This document shows positions 46,272-55,303 of a DNA stretch of 64,000 nucleotides, in pieces; the stretch's first letter is position 1; each line of letters starts with the position of its first letter. The DNA comes from a virus (Duplodnaviria > Caudoviricetes). The notes beneath the pieces are model-generated. The model had not been told where the DNA came from. It did no database searches and saw nothing but the letters and a program-made list of their open reading frames with translations. The DNA is taken from IMG/VR virus record IMGVR_UViG_3300025150_000002, positions 1 through 64,000 of that record; one strand, 5' to 3'. Made by a program: the position numbers and the translations under genes.

Positions 46272-47216
46272 GTGGCGAAGTCTCCAGGATCCAAGGCCGG
46301 TGCGGCGTCTCAAGAGGGTCTTGCACCCTGGGAGGCCGCCGTCCTAATTCCACTCGACGATCTGGTTCTCTGCGACTGGAACGTCAACGAAATGGACCCT
46401 CCGGAATTTGCCGCTCTACTCAAGGCGGTTCGCGAGGGAGGGTTCGACGAGCCTGGCCAGGTTATCCCTATCGAGAAGGGGGACTACGCAGGGAAGTTCC
46501 TGCTTCTCGGTGGTGAGCACAGGAAGAAGGTGTGCCTCGCGCTTGAGATGACGCACATGCCGTGCGTCGTAAAGAAGCACCTCACTGGGGCTGACGAAGA
46601 GACCCTGATGATGTGGAGCGTTGAGCGAAACAACATCCGTGGAAAGATCAACGAGCAGCGATTCGCCGAGCTGCAGAAGCGAATCACTGGTAGAGGAAAA
46701 ATATCTGCCGAAGCTGCTCGACGCCGTATGTTGATCCGAGACGAACGGCACGCTCATCTCAAGGAACGCTTCAGCCAAGACGTGATCGACGTCATGGTCG
46801 AAGAGGGCAAGAGGGGGATTGGTGACGGGTCGTCGGGATCCGCAGCGCCTTCGGAGAAGGTCAACGTCGGAGCGTCGCCGGACAAGCGTCGCCCGCCATC
46901 CGATGATGACGACTACGATGACGACGGCGTTACCACCGCACCCGGTAAGGGGAAGAAGAAGGCGTTCGCGGACCAGCGCGCTCTTCTGACGTCGCTGAAG
47001 GCGTTCCAGCAGGATGTCCTGCAACAAAGCGCCGACACAGTTGAGCAGGGTTATCTCTACTTCGGAATTGCGGGCCACACCCATCTCGTAGTGAACGAAA
47101 CAGCCACCCTGAACAAACTAGTGGGTGAGCTGGTCGAGTGCTGCAAGGCGAACTCAGACAAGATCAATGAGTTCCTCATAAGCGCCATCAAAAAGGAGCT
47201 CCCCCTGTGGCTGTAG
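46272..47216 (+). CDS. ParB/Srx-domain protein
   Basis: LIPLDDLVLCDWNVNEM...GGFDEPGQV...LLGGEHR.KVC...MPCVV...ERNNIRG. Confidence 0.8.
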   Translation: MAKSPGSKAGAASQEGLAPWEAAVLIPLDDLVLCDWNVNEMDPPEFAALLKAVREGGFDEPGQVIPIEKGDYAGKFLLLGGEHRKKVCLALEMTHMPCVVKKHLTGADEETLMMWSVERNNIRGKINEQRFAELQKRITGRGKISAEAARRRMLIRDERHAHLKERFSQDVIDVMVEEGKRGIGDGSSGSAAPSEKVNVGASPDKRRPPSDDDDYDDDGVTTAPGKGKKKAFADQRALLTSLKAFQQDVLQQSADTVEQGYLYFGIAGHTHLVVNETATLNKLVGELVECCKANSDKINEFLISAIKKELPLWL

Positions 47217-48937
47217 ACATCGGAGCTGTGATCGCCGAGTCGATCAACAGGAGCTATAGCTGGAACACCCTGGTGGAGAGCTACCGGGAGAAGGTCCGGG
47301 CTCGCATTCGAGATGTCACCGACGGTAGCCTGCACGAGGCTATGGCTGACCCAAATCTCCGCAAGGACCCGGAATATCGTAAGGGTTACAAGACTGGGTG
47401 GCGAGCCTCGAAGGAAGGTCGTCCTCACGCCCCGGAGCAAGGTGGTAACTACGGGGCTGGCTACTCAGCCGGCTATGAGGCGTCCGGTCACGCCAACCAG
47501 CTTGTTCAACACCACGAAGCCGGAGACCACGACACCGCAGCTGACTACAGCATGGAGAACGTTCACGGTAAGCACTACGCTCAGCTCTACGGGGCCGGTA
47601 AGGGTCAGAACTTCGAAGACGCGCTTATGCGCTGGGACAGCCCTGGAAGAAACGCCGCAGGGGAACGCACCCACCACCAGTCCGTCAAGGACTCCGTCGA
47701 CGTAATCAACAAGATCAATCAGAACCTTGATCTACCTGACGAGCAGCACAATGTGCGCGCCGCACCACATCCTGCTGATTTCGGCCCCGCGATAGTCAAC
47801 AAGCTGAAGTTCCACGCCGGACTAGAGGGTGGAAAGAAGAAGCGTCAGGCCGGCCAAGAGGGTGGGCAAAGTATAGAGCCTGAGGGAGGGATTGACGTCG
47901 CCGATGAGCGTGGTCAGCGCCCGGATGAGCTAGCGGCGGGCGCCGAGGGCGCAGCTCAAGCTCAAGCGGATCGTGCTGCGCGCATCGAACACGCTCGAAA
48001 GACGCTTCACAACGACCTGGAGACGCTAGCATTCGGCGAAGACGCGATCTCTAAGCACGATGCTGGTACGGAAAAGCACCCAGGAATTGAAGCGTTCCGA
48101 GCCGCACAACATCAGGGTTACGACCCCGCCGTCCACCACGCCCATGACCTGTGGAAGAAGGGGCTCATCGAGCACATCAGAAAGAGCAAGGCTTCTGGTG
48201 AGGGTCCACTACAGACAATGACCGGTATCAAGGCTGGTCAGGCCGGCCCTGATTCCGATACTGCACACCTGCAACATACAGGTCACGTTGAGTTCGACCC
48301 CGCTGAGGCTCTAATTCACTCCATATCAGCCCCTGAAGGCTTCAGGGCCAAGGGGTGGAAGGTGCGGGCCGCGCAGGCTCAACCCGGCCTGGAGAACTTC
48401 ACCAAGGCTCGTGCGGCCAAAGACCCGACTAACCCGAAGAAGCTGACCTCTGTCCACCCGGCCAACGGGCAGGTCGAGGGTGCGACGAATAGGGCCGTCG
48501 CGTGGCTTCACAACCAGGACCAATACAACCCTGAACACGAGATGTGGGCCTACCACTTTGGTGTGAGCGACAAGGCTCGTCAGGCGCGAGAGAAAAAGCA
48601 GGCGAAGCTGGCTCTGAAGGGCCAAGACCTTTCGCCAGATGATCAGATGCTTAGACAGGAGCCAAGCGCTCAGTTCAAGGCCCATGGCTCTCTCTCTTCG
48701 CCCAGGTCAAGGGAGACGGCCGAGAAGCTCAAGGCGCAAAGAGCCGAACTGCGCGGGCGCATCTATGCCCGTCGCAAGGCGATGGAGCAGGCCTTCGAGC
48801 TGGCGCTCAAGGTCGTGGCGGAGTGGCTTAACGAGTACGTCCAGATCCCCTCTGATCGCATGCCGGTTGTGATCGAGGAGATTTACTCCAGGATCCAGGC
48901 TAACTACGGTGTCCTCTTCGAGGATGAGGAGGGCTAG
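47207..48937 (+). CDS. Hypothetical His-rich protein
   Basis: 576-aa ORF in a tightly coupled operon. Confidence 0.65.
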   Translation: MAVDIGAVIAESINRSYSWNTLVESYREKVRARIRDVTDGSLHEAMADPNLRKDPEYRKGYKTGWRASKEGRPHAPEQGGNYGAGYSAGYEASGHANQLVQHHEAGDHDTAADYSMENVHGKHYAQLYGAGKGQNFEDALMRWDSPGRNAAGERTHHQSVKDSVDVINKINQNLDLPDEQHNVRAAPHPADFGPAIVNKLKFHAGLEGGKKKRQAGQEGGQSIEPEGGIDVADERGQRPDELAAGAEGAAQAQADRAARIEHARKTLHNDLETLAFGEDAISKHDAGTEKHPGIEAFRAAQHQGYDPAVHHAHDLWKKGLIEHIRKSKASGEGPLQTMTGIKAGQAGPDSDTAHLQHTGHVEFDPAEALIHSISAPEGFRAKGWKVRAAQAQPGLENFTKARAAKDPTNPKKLTSVHPANGQVEGATNRAVAWLHNQDQYNPEHEMWAYHFGVSDKARQAREKKQAKLALKGQDLSPDDQMLRQEPSAQFKAHGSLSSPRSRETAEKLKAQRAELRGRIYARRKAMEQAFELALKVVAEWLNEYVQIPSDRMPVVIEEIYSRIQANYGVLFEDEEG

Positions 48938-49248
48938 TGGGCTATCTATCCAATAACCTACCTCAACGGCTTGACCAGATCGTTGAGTGCCCCGCGCTCT
49001 ACAAGCTGGTCCTGCACGTCCGTCATCGCAGCGAGTTCCACGCCTTGATTGCCGGAGAAACCGACGACACCATCGGCAAGATCATTCGATCTGTAGTGCC
49101 AGATCCCGAGGATTGGCAGTACGGCGCCGGACGTCTGGTCGGCCCCAAGGGGTTCGTCGAGTTCAGGTTTCACATCCCTAGTCACCGCTCACGAGCCCAG
49201 GAAGAACTGCGATTCAAGGGCTACTACACAGAGACAGTAGACGAGTAG
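48937..49248 (+). CDS. Hypothetical protein
   Basis: TAGTG stop/start overlap; 103 aa. Confidence 0.55.
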   Translation: MGYLSNNLPQRLDQIVECPALYKLVLHVRHRSEFHALIAGETDDTIGKIIRSVVPDPEDWQYGAGRLVGPKGFVEFRFHIPSHRSRAQEELRFKGYYTETVDE

Positions 49249-49327
49249 AGTGTGATCGAGTGATGTATTGTGCATCAACAGGCGGTAGACTGTTTGATAT
49301 CAACTGCCGCGAGGCCGGGGTTTACGA

Positions 49328-50764
49328 ATGAGCAAGAACAAGTTCAGCACAGCCGCGTCGGGTTTCCGCCAGAGGCTTTCTGAAAACTCGCCGCTTGAGG
49401 CCCCTGTTCGCGGCTTCAGCCGTTACGCCCGAGACATGAGCCCGGCAACCCGTGAGCTGGTATTGCGCGCACGCATGCCTGAGATCATGTCGTTCGCCGA
49501 GGATCGCCGGATCGACCCGGCTGTCCTCGCCGGAGTCGTCGAGGCATCGATGCGCTTGGGCCGCATCCCTGACCTCGGCCTCTACGGCCTTGCCGGCGAC
49601 GAGGCGCTCGCCGTCAAGGATTTCGTAGCTACCGCAATGCTCGGGCTTGAGTACGAGCTCAACCAGGGTCTGCCGGTGCTCTCCGAGGACGCCGGCAAGG
49701 CAGCACAACACAAGGGCTACGCTGACCACTATCGGCGCCTTGCCGACCATCACGCGCAGTCGATGGACTTCCACACTCAGGCAGCCAAGGAGGCGAACCG
49801 AGAGGGCCGTCCGTTCACGGCAGCTCGTCACCAGGGCAAGCTTGCTATGCTCAAGCAGCTCCATATGTCGCACGCAGCGTTGGCGGACTACCACGACTGC
49901 GAACACGCGCGCTGCAACAAGAATGCTCAGCGGACCGCCGTCCCGACTGGGGCTGGTCCGACCAAGGTCGACCAGCCGACCGGAGCTCCAGAGGCGACCA
50001 CACACCCGACTCAGGGCTCGACGGCGGCCCAGCGTCAAGAGACGCCTGCTACACACCAGGAGCAAACCACGGCTGCCTCATTGGCGCCCATCATGAAGCC
50101 CATCGGATCCGCCTTCCTTCAGCGATCGCCTATTCGCTCGGTCGCCATCCGAAAGAAGGACAAGGACCGTGAGAGCGATGTCGCCTTCCGCAAGGAGCAG
50201 GCCGACAACGAGAGGCGTCGTATCCGTGCCAAGTCTTCGAATGGGTTCTTCCAGAAAACATCGATGATCGAGGACATGCTCAGCGAGGCCGCGAAGTCCG
50301 AGGACAAGAAGAAGGAGAAGAAGAAGAAGAAGGGTGGCGCCAAGACGCCCACTAAGAAGGAGCTCGGTCTCAAGGCCGACCCGGATAAGGTCGGATTGAC
50401 GGCGGCCAACGCCAAGGTCGCCGGGCTTTTCCAGCAGCTTGGCCACAAGATGGACCACGCCTGTGCCCAGTTGAAGCAGCACAAGGTCAACGACAAGTGG
50501 GCCAAGAAGCTGCACAGTGCCTGCCTGAGCAAGGGCGCTCCTAATGCCTACCACGAGGTTGTCAAGGAGTCGTTGACTGAACCTTGGATCCGCGATCAAG
50601 GGTTCGTGGACGAGGCGGCTCAGCTTAACCACCTCTGGCAGACGACGATGTCGGCTGAGACCGAGACGACGGTCAGCAAGGCGTCTCCGACATCACCTGA
50701 GCCACTGGTGTTCACGATCAATCGCATGATCGACATGTCTCAAGGTCGCGGTTCGATCTACTAA
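49328..50764 (+). CDS. Hypothetical protein, candidate internal head protein
   Basis: 478 aa; His-rich segment and poly-K; repeated LSE/VVE/VKE sites. Confidence 0.65.
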   Translation: MSKNKFSTAASGFRQRLSENSPLEAPVRGFSRYARDMSPATRELVLRARMPEIMSFAEDRRIDPAVLAGVVEASMRLGRIPDLGLYGLAGDEALAVKDFVATAMLGLEYELNQGLPVLSEDAGKAAQHKGYADHYRRLADHHAQSMDFHTQAAKEANREGRPFTAARHQGKLAMLKQLHMSHAALADYHDCEHARCNKNAQRTAVPTGAGPTKVDQPTGAPEATTHPTQGSTAAQRQETPATHQEQTTAASLAPIMKPIGSAFLQRSPIRSVAIRKKDKDRESDVAFRKEQADNERRRIRAKSSNGFFQKTSMIEDMLSEAAKSEDKKKEKKKKKGGAKTPTKKELGLKADPDKVGLTAANAKVAGLFQQLGHKMDHACAQLKQHKVNDKWAKKLHSACLSKGAPNAYHEVVKESLTEPWIRDQGFVDEAAQLNHLWQTTMSAETETTVSKASPTSPEPLVFTINRMIDMSQGRGSIY

Positions 50765-50774
50765 GGCGGCATCA

Positions 50775-51785
50775 GTGGGACTGTTCATGGCGCCATTCTC
50801 AGGGAACGCGGTTGGTGGAGGTGGTCACGGACTCATCGATCCACCACCCCCTGGTGTGGACCCTCAAAGCGGTCCCAGGAGCGAGGTTGATACGGTCAAT
50901 CGGTCACCTCTCCACTTGCTACGTACCACAATGAACAAGCACAAGCCGAAGATCATGAAGATCGTCCCACCTGGTCAACAGCGCGGTGCGCTCGCGCCTC
51001 CATACGCCTGGGAGCCGCGCGAGCGCGATGATTGGAAGTATGCGCTGTCCCAACCAAAGAGCGGCCTGAAGGAGGCTCAGGGCGAGTTCAGTACTCGTGT
51101 GGTGCCGCCCAGAGCCCCTAAGCCGCTGGAACACCCAAGTGGCGGGTTTAACACTCCGCGACGCGGTGACACGCGTCGTCTCAAGCGACCTGTTGATCCC
51201 CGTCATACCCGTGTCGAGCAAATCAGGGCGGAGCTTCAGAAGCTCCACCAGGAGGTGCGCGCTCTCATGGCCAGACAGCGCGACCTCGTTCAACAGGGTA
51301 AGCGTCAGTTGACGACTCAGCCGGCGAGTTCGACCCCGCAGGGCTCGTTCAAGGGCACAGGGTCTTCAGACCCGGGGCACTGGGGTCCGCGCGAGGCTCT
51401 CTGCAGGTCGGAGCTGTTCCTTGTAGAGGCCGACTACACTCCCTTTGGGATCCAGCGAGGGCCAGGTGATGATCCTCATCCCTCCGCTGAGGGGACCCCT
51501 GAGCTGGCAAAGGATGAGAAGGGTCCGGATGTTCTGAGGCGTGAGTTCTTCCGAGAGCGGCGCGCGCGGCTGAACCTACCACTCGGACTGAGTCCGAAAA
51601 AGGAGCCGCCGAAGCAGTCCGCCGAGATCATCCAAATTCATCAGCGCGTCGCGCAGGCGCAGGCTCGCATCCACCAGCTCACTCAGGAGCTGCAGCAACT
51701 ACGCCAGCAGATGCGGACCGCAAAGTCAGAGTCTGTTGGACTCGGTTCTAACAACATACACCGCACAGTCCTACTGTTGAAGTAG
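50775..51785 (+). CDS. Hypothetical Pro/Gln-rich coiled-coil protein
   Basis: 336-aa ORF in the operon. Confidence 0.55.
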   Translation: MGLFMAPFSGNAVGGGGHGLIDPPPPGVDPQSGPRSEVDTVNRSPLHLLRTTMNKHKPKIMKIVPPGQQRGALAPPYAWEPRERDDWKYALSQPKSGLKEAQGEFSTRVVPPRAPKPLEHPSGGFNTPRRGDTRRLKRPVDPRHTRVEQIRAELQKLHQEVRALMARQRDLVQQGKRQLTTQPASSTPQGSFKGTGSSDPGHWGPREALCRSELFLVEADYTPFGIQRGPGDDPHPSAEGTPELAKDEKGPDVLRREFFRERRARLNLPLGLSPKKEPPKQSAEIIQIHQRVAQAQARIHQLTQELQQLRQQMRTAKSESVGLGSNNIHRTVLLLK

Positions 51786-51789
51786 ACTA

Positions 51790-53475
51790 GTGAGTGATGC
51801 AGAATACGGTGAAGAGGTCAACATGAGCGCCAACGACGCGATTAGCATGATCCTGCACAATTCCACTGGTAAGCGCGCCAGTGGGCGAGAGATGTTGGTC
51901 TCCGAGAAGCGCTCGATCTTGGACCCCAAGATTGCCGCTGGCCTAAGGGAGCAGTGGAATAGTGCCGGTCGCGATAACGCGAAGGTGTTGATGCACCTGA
52001 CCGAGAACGACGGTGCAAATTCCTTCTACGTCACCGGTTGGGACGGCAAGGACAAGTTCGTGGCTCTCACCGAGTCCGGCCTAACCTATGTCGACTACCG
52101 GAAGCTGGAGAAGATGGCGCATGACGCCGACTGGAACCCAGAGACCCGACTGATCGAGGTCCGCACTCCTCTTCTTCGTGAGAACATGGAGCGGACCGAC
52201 ATCGACATGCTCTTGGATCGTATCAAGAAGACGTTGACCAAGAGCAACAAGACGCGGCGAAAGAGCCGTCTCCGGAACATGGGGAAGTTCTTCGACGTGT
52301 CTGTAGTCGAGTCCGACACCAACGCGGAGAAGGCGGCCAACTCGGGCCCAGATTCCGAGATGGAGTTCGAGAAGGTCAAGGAAAAGGACGACCGTGTCCC
52401 TGAGGGGCCTAAGGCACCGAGCACGACTAAGCTTCCAACGGGACGCTTCAAGGAGTCCTTCAGCTGGGATCAGCTAGACGCCAACGGTCGCCCGGTTCGC
52501 CGTGGCCTGCAACATCCTTGGATGGAGTCCAACAAGACCGAGCCTCAACTCGACAAGCGTCAGCATGTCCGTCAGAACTCAGAGGGGTCAGGCGGCTCCG
52601 GCTCCGGCACCCCAGGTGGTAACAAAACCGACGCACAGTTGAGCGATCGCGAGCAGATCGATGTTCGGAGTGAGTCGAACCAGACTCAGCCTCAGCTCGA
52701 TAAGCGTCAACATGTGCGCCTGAACAAGGAGAGCGGCCCCAGTTGTGGCGTTACTCTTGGCGGTAACAAGACCGACGCTCAGCTGACCGACCGTGAGCAG
52801 GTCGATGTAAGGAGCGAGGCTCAGTCACTGGGCGCGAAGGACTCGTCCGATCGTTCGGACGATGAGGATACGACGACCTATGCTGGGGAGACCGGCAAGG
52901 ACAAGGAGTTCTCATCCCGTCCGAAGATCGCGGTTCGGCATGAGGCCCTGAACCTGAAGAGCAAGGGCAAGAGTCTCTTCGGCCCGGATGCTTCAAAGAA
53001 GGCCCCCATGGGTGCCAAGAAGCCCCTTCTGATGCTCGTGCTCATGAGTAAGGGAAAGAAGGCTCCGAAGCGGACCATGTCCGAGGGAACCACCTTCTGC
53101 CCACGCTGCGCGGGAACCCACGCCGACGACGGTCACCCCAAGGCGAAGTTCGGCCCCATGCGCGGCCTGTTTCCCGCTCCTCCCAAGACGAGGCCCGGTC
53201 AGGCACCCGAGGAGTCGTGCCCGACCTGCGCGGCTAAGCGGGCACAGACCGGTGGAGGCCTGAAGCTCAGGCTGCAGATGGGCAAGAAGCCACCGAGCAC
53301 TTTCGAGTCACGTCTAAACCGCTCCTCACTTCGTCTGGCCGAGGGCAAGATGCCTGAGTCCTTTTTGGCTAACATCGAGAAGATGCGCGCCAAGGGAAAA
53401 GGATCGGCCGACAAGAGCGGTGCTCCAGCCTTCGGCAAGAAGAAGAGTAAGTTCAACCTCAGCAAGGGTCTCTAG
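51790..53475 (+). CDS. Hypothetical protein with an internal tandem repeat, candidate processed head polyprotein
   Basis: 561 aa; 49/48-aa duplicated unit bounded by E|S or E|A; basic C-terminus. Confidence 0.7.
   Translation: MSDAEYGEEVNMSANDAISMILHNSTGKRASGREMLVSEKRSILDPKIAAGLREQWNSAGRDNAKVLMHLTENDGANSFYVTGWDGKDKFVALTESGLTYVDYRKLEKMAHDADWNPETRLIEVRTPLLRENMERTDIDMLLDRIKKTLTKSNKTRRKSRLRNMGKFFDVSVVESDTNAEKAANSGPDSEMEFEKVKEKDDRVPEGPKAPSTTKLPTGRFKESFSWDQLDANGRPVRRGLQHPWMESNKTEPQLDKRQHVRQNSEGSGGSGSGTPGGNKTDAQLSDREQIDVRSESNQTQPQLDKRQHVRLNKESGPSCGVTLGGNKTDAQLTDREQVDVRSEAQSLGAKDSSDRSDDEDTTTYAGETGKDKEFSSRPKIAVRHEALNLKSKGKSLFGPDASKKAPMGAKKPLLMLVLMSKGKKAPKRTMSEGTTFCPRCAGTHADDGHPKAKFGPMRGLFPAPPKTRPGQAPEESCPTCAAKRAQTGGGLKLRLQMGKKPPSTFESRLNRSSLRLAEGKMPESFLANIEKMRAKGKGSADKSGAPAFGKKKSKFNLSKGL
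52528..52818 (+). repeat. Coding tandem duplication (147 + 144 nt)
   Basis: SNKTEPQLDKRQHVRQNSE...GGNKTDAQLSDREQIDVRSE / SNQTQPQLDKRQHVRLNKE...GGNKTDAQLTDREQVDVRSE. Confidence 0.9.
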
Positions 53476-53500
53476 ACATCTCGTCAATCAAAGAGGTGCG

Positions 53501-53875
53501 ATGAGCAACCACAACCTGAGAACACAAGCTGAAGAGCTCGAAGCGCTGCTATCCGCGTCACCACGAGTGATGGCGACAGCGCCGCACATCGACGAGTCCT
53601 ATCTCGTGGCTGCTGCATCGGTTGAATCCCCTGAGGCCGAGGCAGTGAACGAGGACAGCTCGCTACTGCCCGAGCTGGTACGCTCGATAGTGGACTACGC
53701 CATCCGCCGTGCACCCGCTACGGCGTCCGCGAGCGCTATCGGTGAGGCCATCGGCGAGGGTGTGTTCGAAGCAGCCAACCAGTTGAAGCTCGATGATGGG
53801 AAGCTTGTGGAAGCCGTGGACGCCTTCCTAAACGAGCTTCACGAGTCAGTGCTCGACGTTCTGGCCGGAAAGTGA
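53501..53875 (+). CDS. Small acidic hypothetical protein
   Basis: GAGGTG RBS before ATG 53501. Confidence 0.65.
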   Translation: MSNHNLRTQAEELEALLSASPRVMATAPHIDESYLVAAASVESPEAEAVNEDSSLLPELVRSIVDYAIRRAPATASASAIGEAIGEGVFEAANQLKLDDGKLVEAVDAFLNELHESVLDVLAGK

Positions 53876-53879
53876 CCCG

Positions 53880-54203
53880 ATGCGCCGTCACAAACTGATT
53901 TGTTTGGAGAAGGCGGGCTTAGTCCAAGAGGTTCGTGATTGCGGCTATGGCGCTGCCGTGACGTCCGGGATGTCCGAGCTTAACCCGTCCGGAGATGGAG
54001 TTGAAGACGAGCGCCTGCGCGCCTACATGATCCGAAAGGCGCGAGAAGACGCCATTGCCCGCGACCGACGCATGCGCCGGCTTCGCAAGCTCGCCCGCAT
54101 GGACTTCAAGATGGTCGGTGGCGTGGCGCCTATTGGGTTCTATGGCGGCGGGGGCGGCGAGGGCTCGTCAATGCGTCCCGGCAGCATGTCCGCCCGAAGC
54201 TAA
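53880..54203 (+). CDS. Hypothetical protein
   Basis: Last gene of the plus-strand block; its stop overlaps the dnaX-like stop. Confidence 0.55.
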   Translation: MRRHKLICLEKAGLVQEVRDCGYGAAVTSGMSELNPSGDGVEDERLRAYMIRKAREDAIARDRRMRRLRKLARMDFKMVGGVAPIGFYGGGGGEGSSMRPGSMSARS

Positions 54204-55219
54204 CCCTTCTTGTAGCAAGCCCTCATGCAGCGCGTCACAAAGATGCTGTGCTGCTCTCGCTTCGGCTCCTCCCAGAGGGATCCGGTCAGGTGTCCGAGAG
54301 TGGTTGCGATAGACATCCGAACATCATCGAACTTGAGTGCGTCACGGGCCAGGAACTCGCAAACAGTCTCCCTATAGCCATCAGGGTCGTTCTTGACGTT
54401 CTCGGACTTGAGGATATCGCGGACCGTCGGCCAGTCCTTCTCGACCAGTCCCTTCACCAGCGCGAAGATATCCGGCGATCCTGTGCTTATCTCCTCCTCG
54501 GCGGTGTCCGAGCCCACTTTGTAGGTTCCGCGCAGGAAGGACTCCAGCAGAACGAGCAGGTCTCGAACCGATCCGTTTGCTCGACGGAAGAGGTCCTCAG
54601 ACGTGGCATCGTCCGGTAGATCGCGCTTTTCGTCCTCGCAAACCTGCTCGATGATCGAGCCACACTGCTTCATAGTCATGCGGCGGAAATTGATCTTCGC
54701 GCATCGTCCTAACAGGGTACGTTTGAGTCCCTTCTTGTTGGTTGTGCACAAGAAGATCAACGAGTGCTCGACCGGCTCCTCCAGGACCTTGTTGAGAAGC
54801 TCCTGGGCTTGGGGGGTTATCTGTTGTGCCTCGTCGAAGACGTAAACCTTACGCTTGAAGAAGTTAGGGTAGGTCCGCATGTCCGACGTAATGGCGCGCA
54901 TGTCATCGATGCCGCGACAGTCAGCGCCGTTGATCTCCATGAAATCTGGATTACCCTCCATGGTCCTGCATGGAGAGCACTGGAGGCACGGGTTAGCCGT
55001 GTCAGCCTCGCAGACAGACATCCTGGCGATGATCCTGGCCAGGGTCGTCTTACCGCAGCCGGTAATCCCCTCGAAAAGCCACACCCGTGAGGCGTTGGGA
55101 TCGCTAAGGATCGACTGGGCGTCCTTCAGGTGGAAGGTGGGGCAGATTTCGTTCAGGCGCTGCGGTCGATACCGTGTCTTGAGGTCGCCTAAGCCGCGAG
55201 CGGTAATGCGGAATACCAT
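54200..55219 (-). CDS. dnaX: DNA polymerase III gamma/tau-like clamp loader AAA+ ATPase
   Basis: KYRP-like TRYRPQ, WLFEGITGCGKTTLARIIA, C..C..C Zn module, EINGA..RGIDD.R, VYVFDEAQ, K.LEEP, L.RC. Confidence 0.85.
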   Translation of the reverse strand: MVFRITARGLGDLKTRYRPQRLNEICPTFHLKDAQSILSDPNASRVWLFEGITGCGKTTLARIIARMSVCEADTANPCLQCSPCRTMEGNPDFMEINGADCRGIDDMRAITSDMRTYPNFFKRKVYVFDEAQQITPQAQELLNKVLEEPVEHSLIFLCTTNKKGLKRTLLGRCAKINFRRMTMKQCGSIIEQVCEDEKRDLPDDATSEDLFRRANGSVRDLLVLLESFLRGTYKVGSDTAEEEISTGSPDIFALVKGLVEKDWPTVRDILKSENVKNDPDGYRETVCEFLARDALKFDDVRMSIATTLGHLTGSLWEEPKREQHSIFVTRCMRACYKKG

Positions 55220-55240
55220 GGTTGTGTTCTACCCATAAAC

Positions 55241-55272
55241 CAAAGAAAGAGGACCCCTGACGGGGCCCTCTT
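55241..55272 (-). terminator. Intrinsic terminator after nrdJ
   Basis: Minus strand AAGAGG-G-CCCC-GTCA-GGGG-T-CCTCTT followed by TCTTTGGTTT. Confidence 0.65.
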
Positions 55273-55303
55273 CCCTTCCGATCACCTCCTGCATAGGAAC
55301 AAG

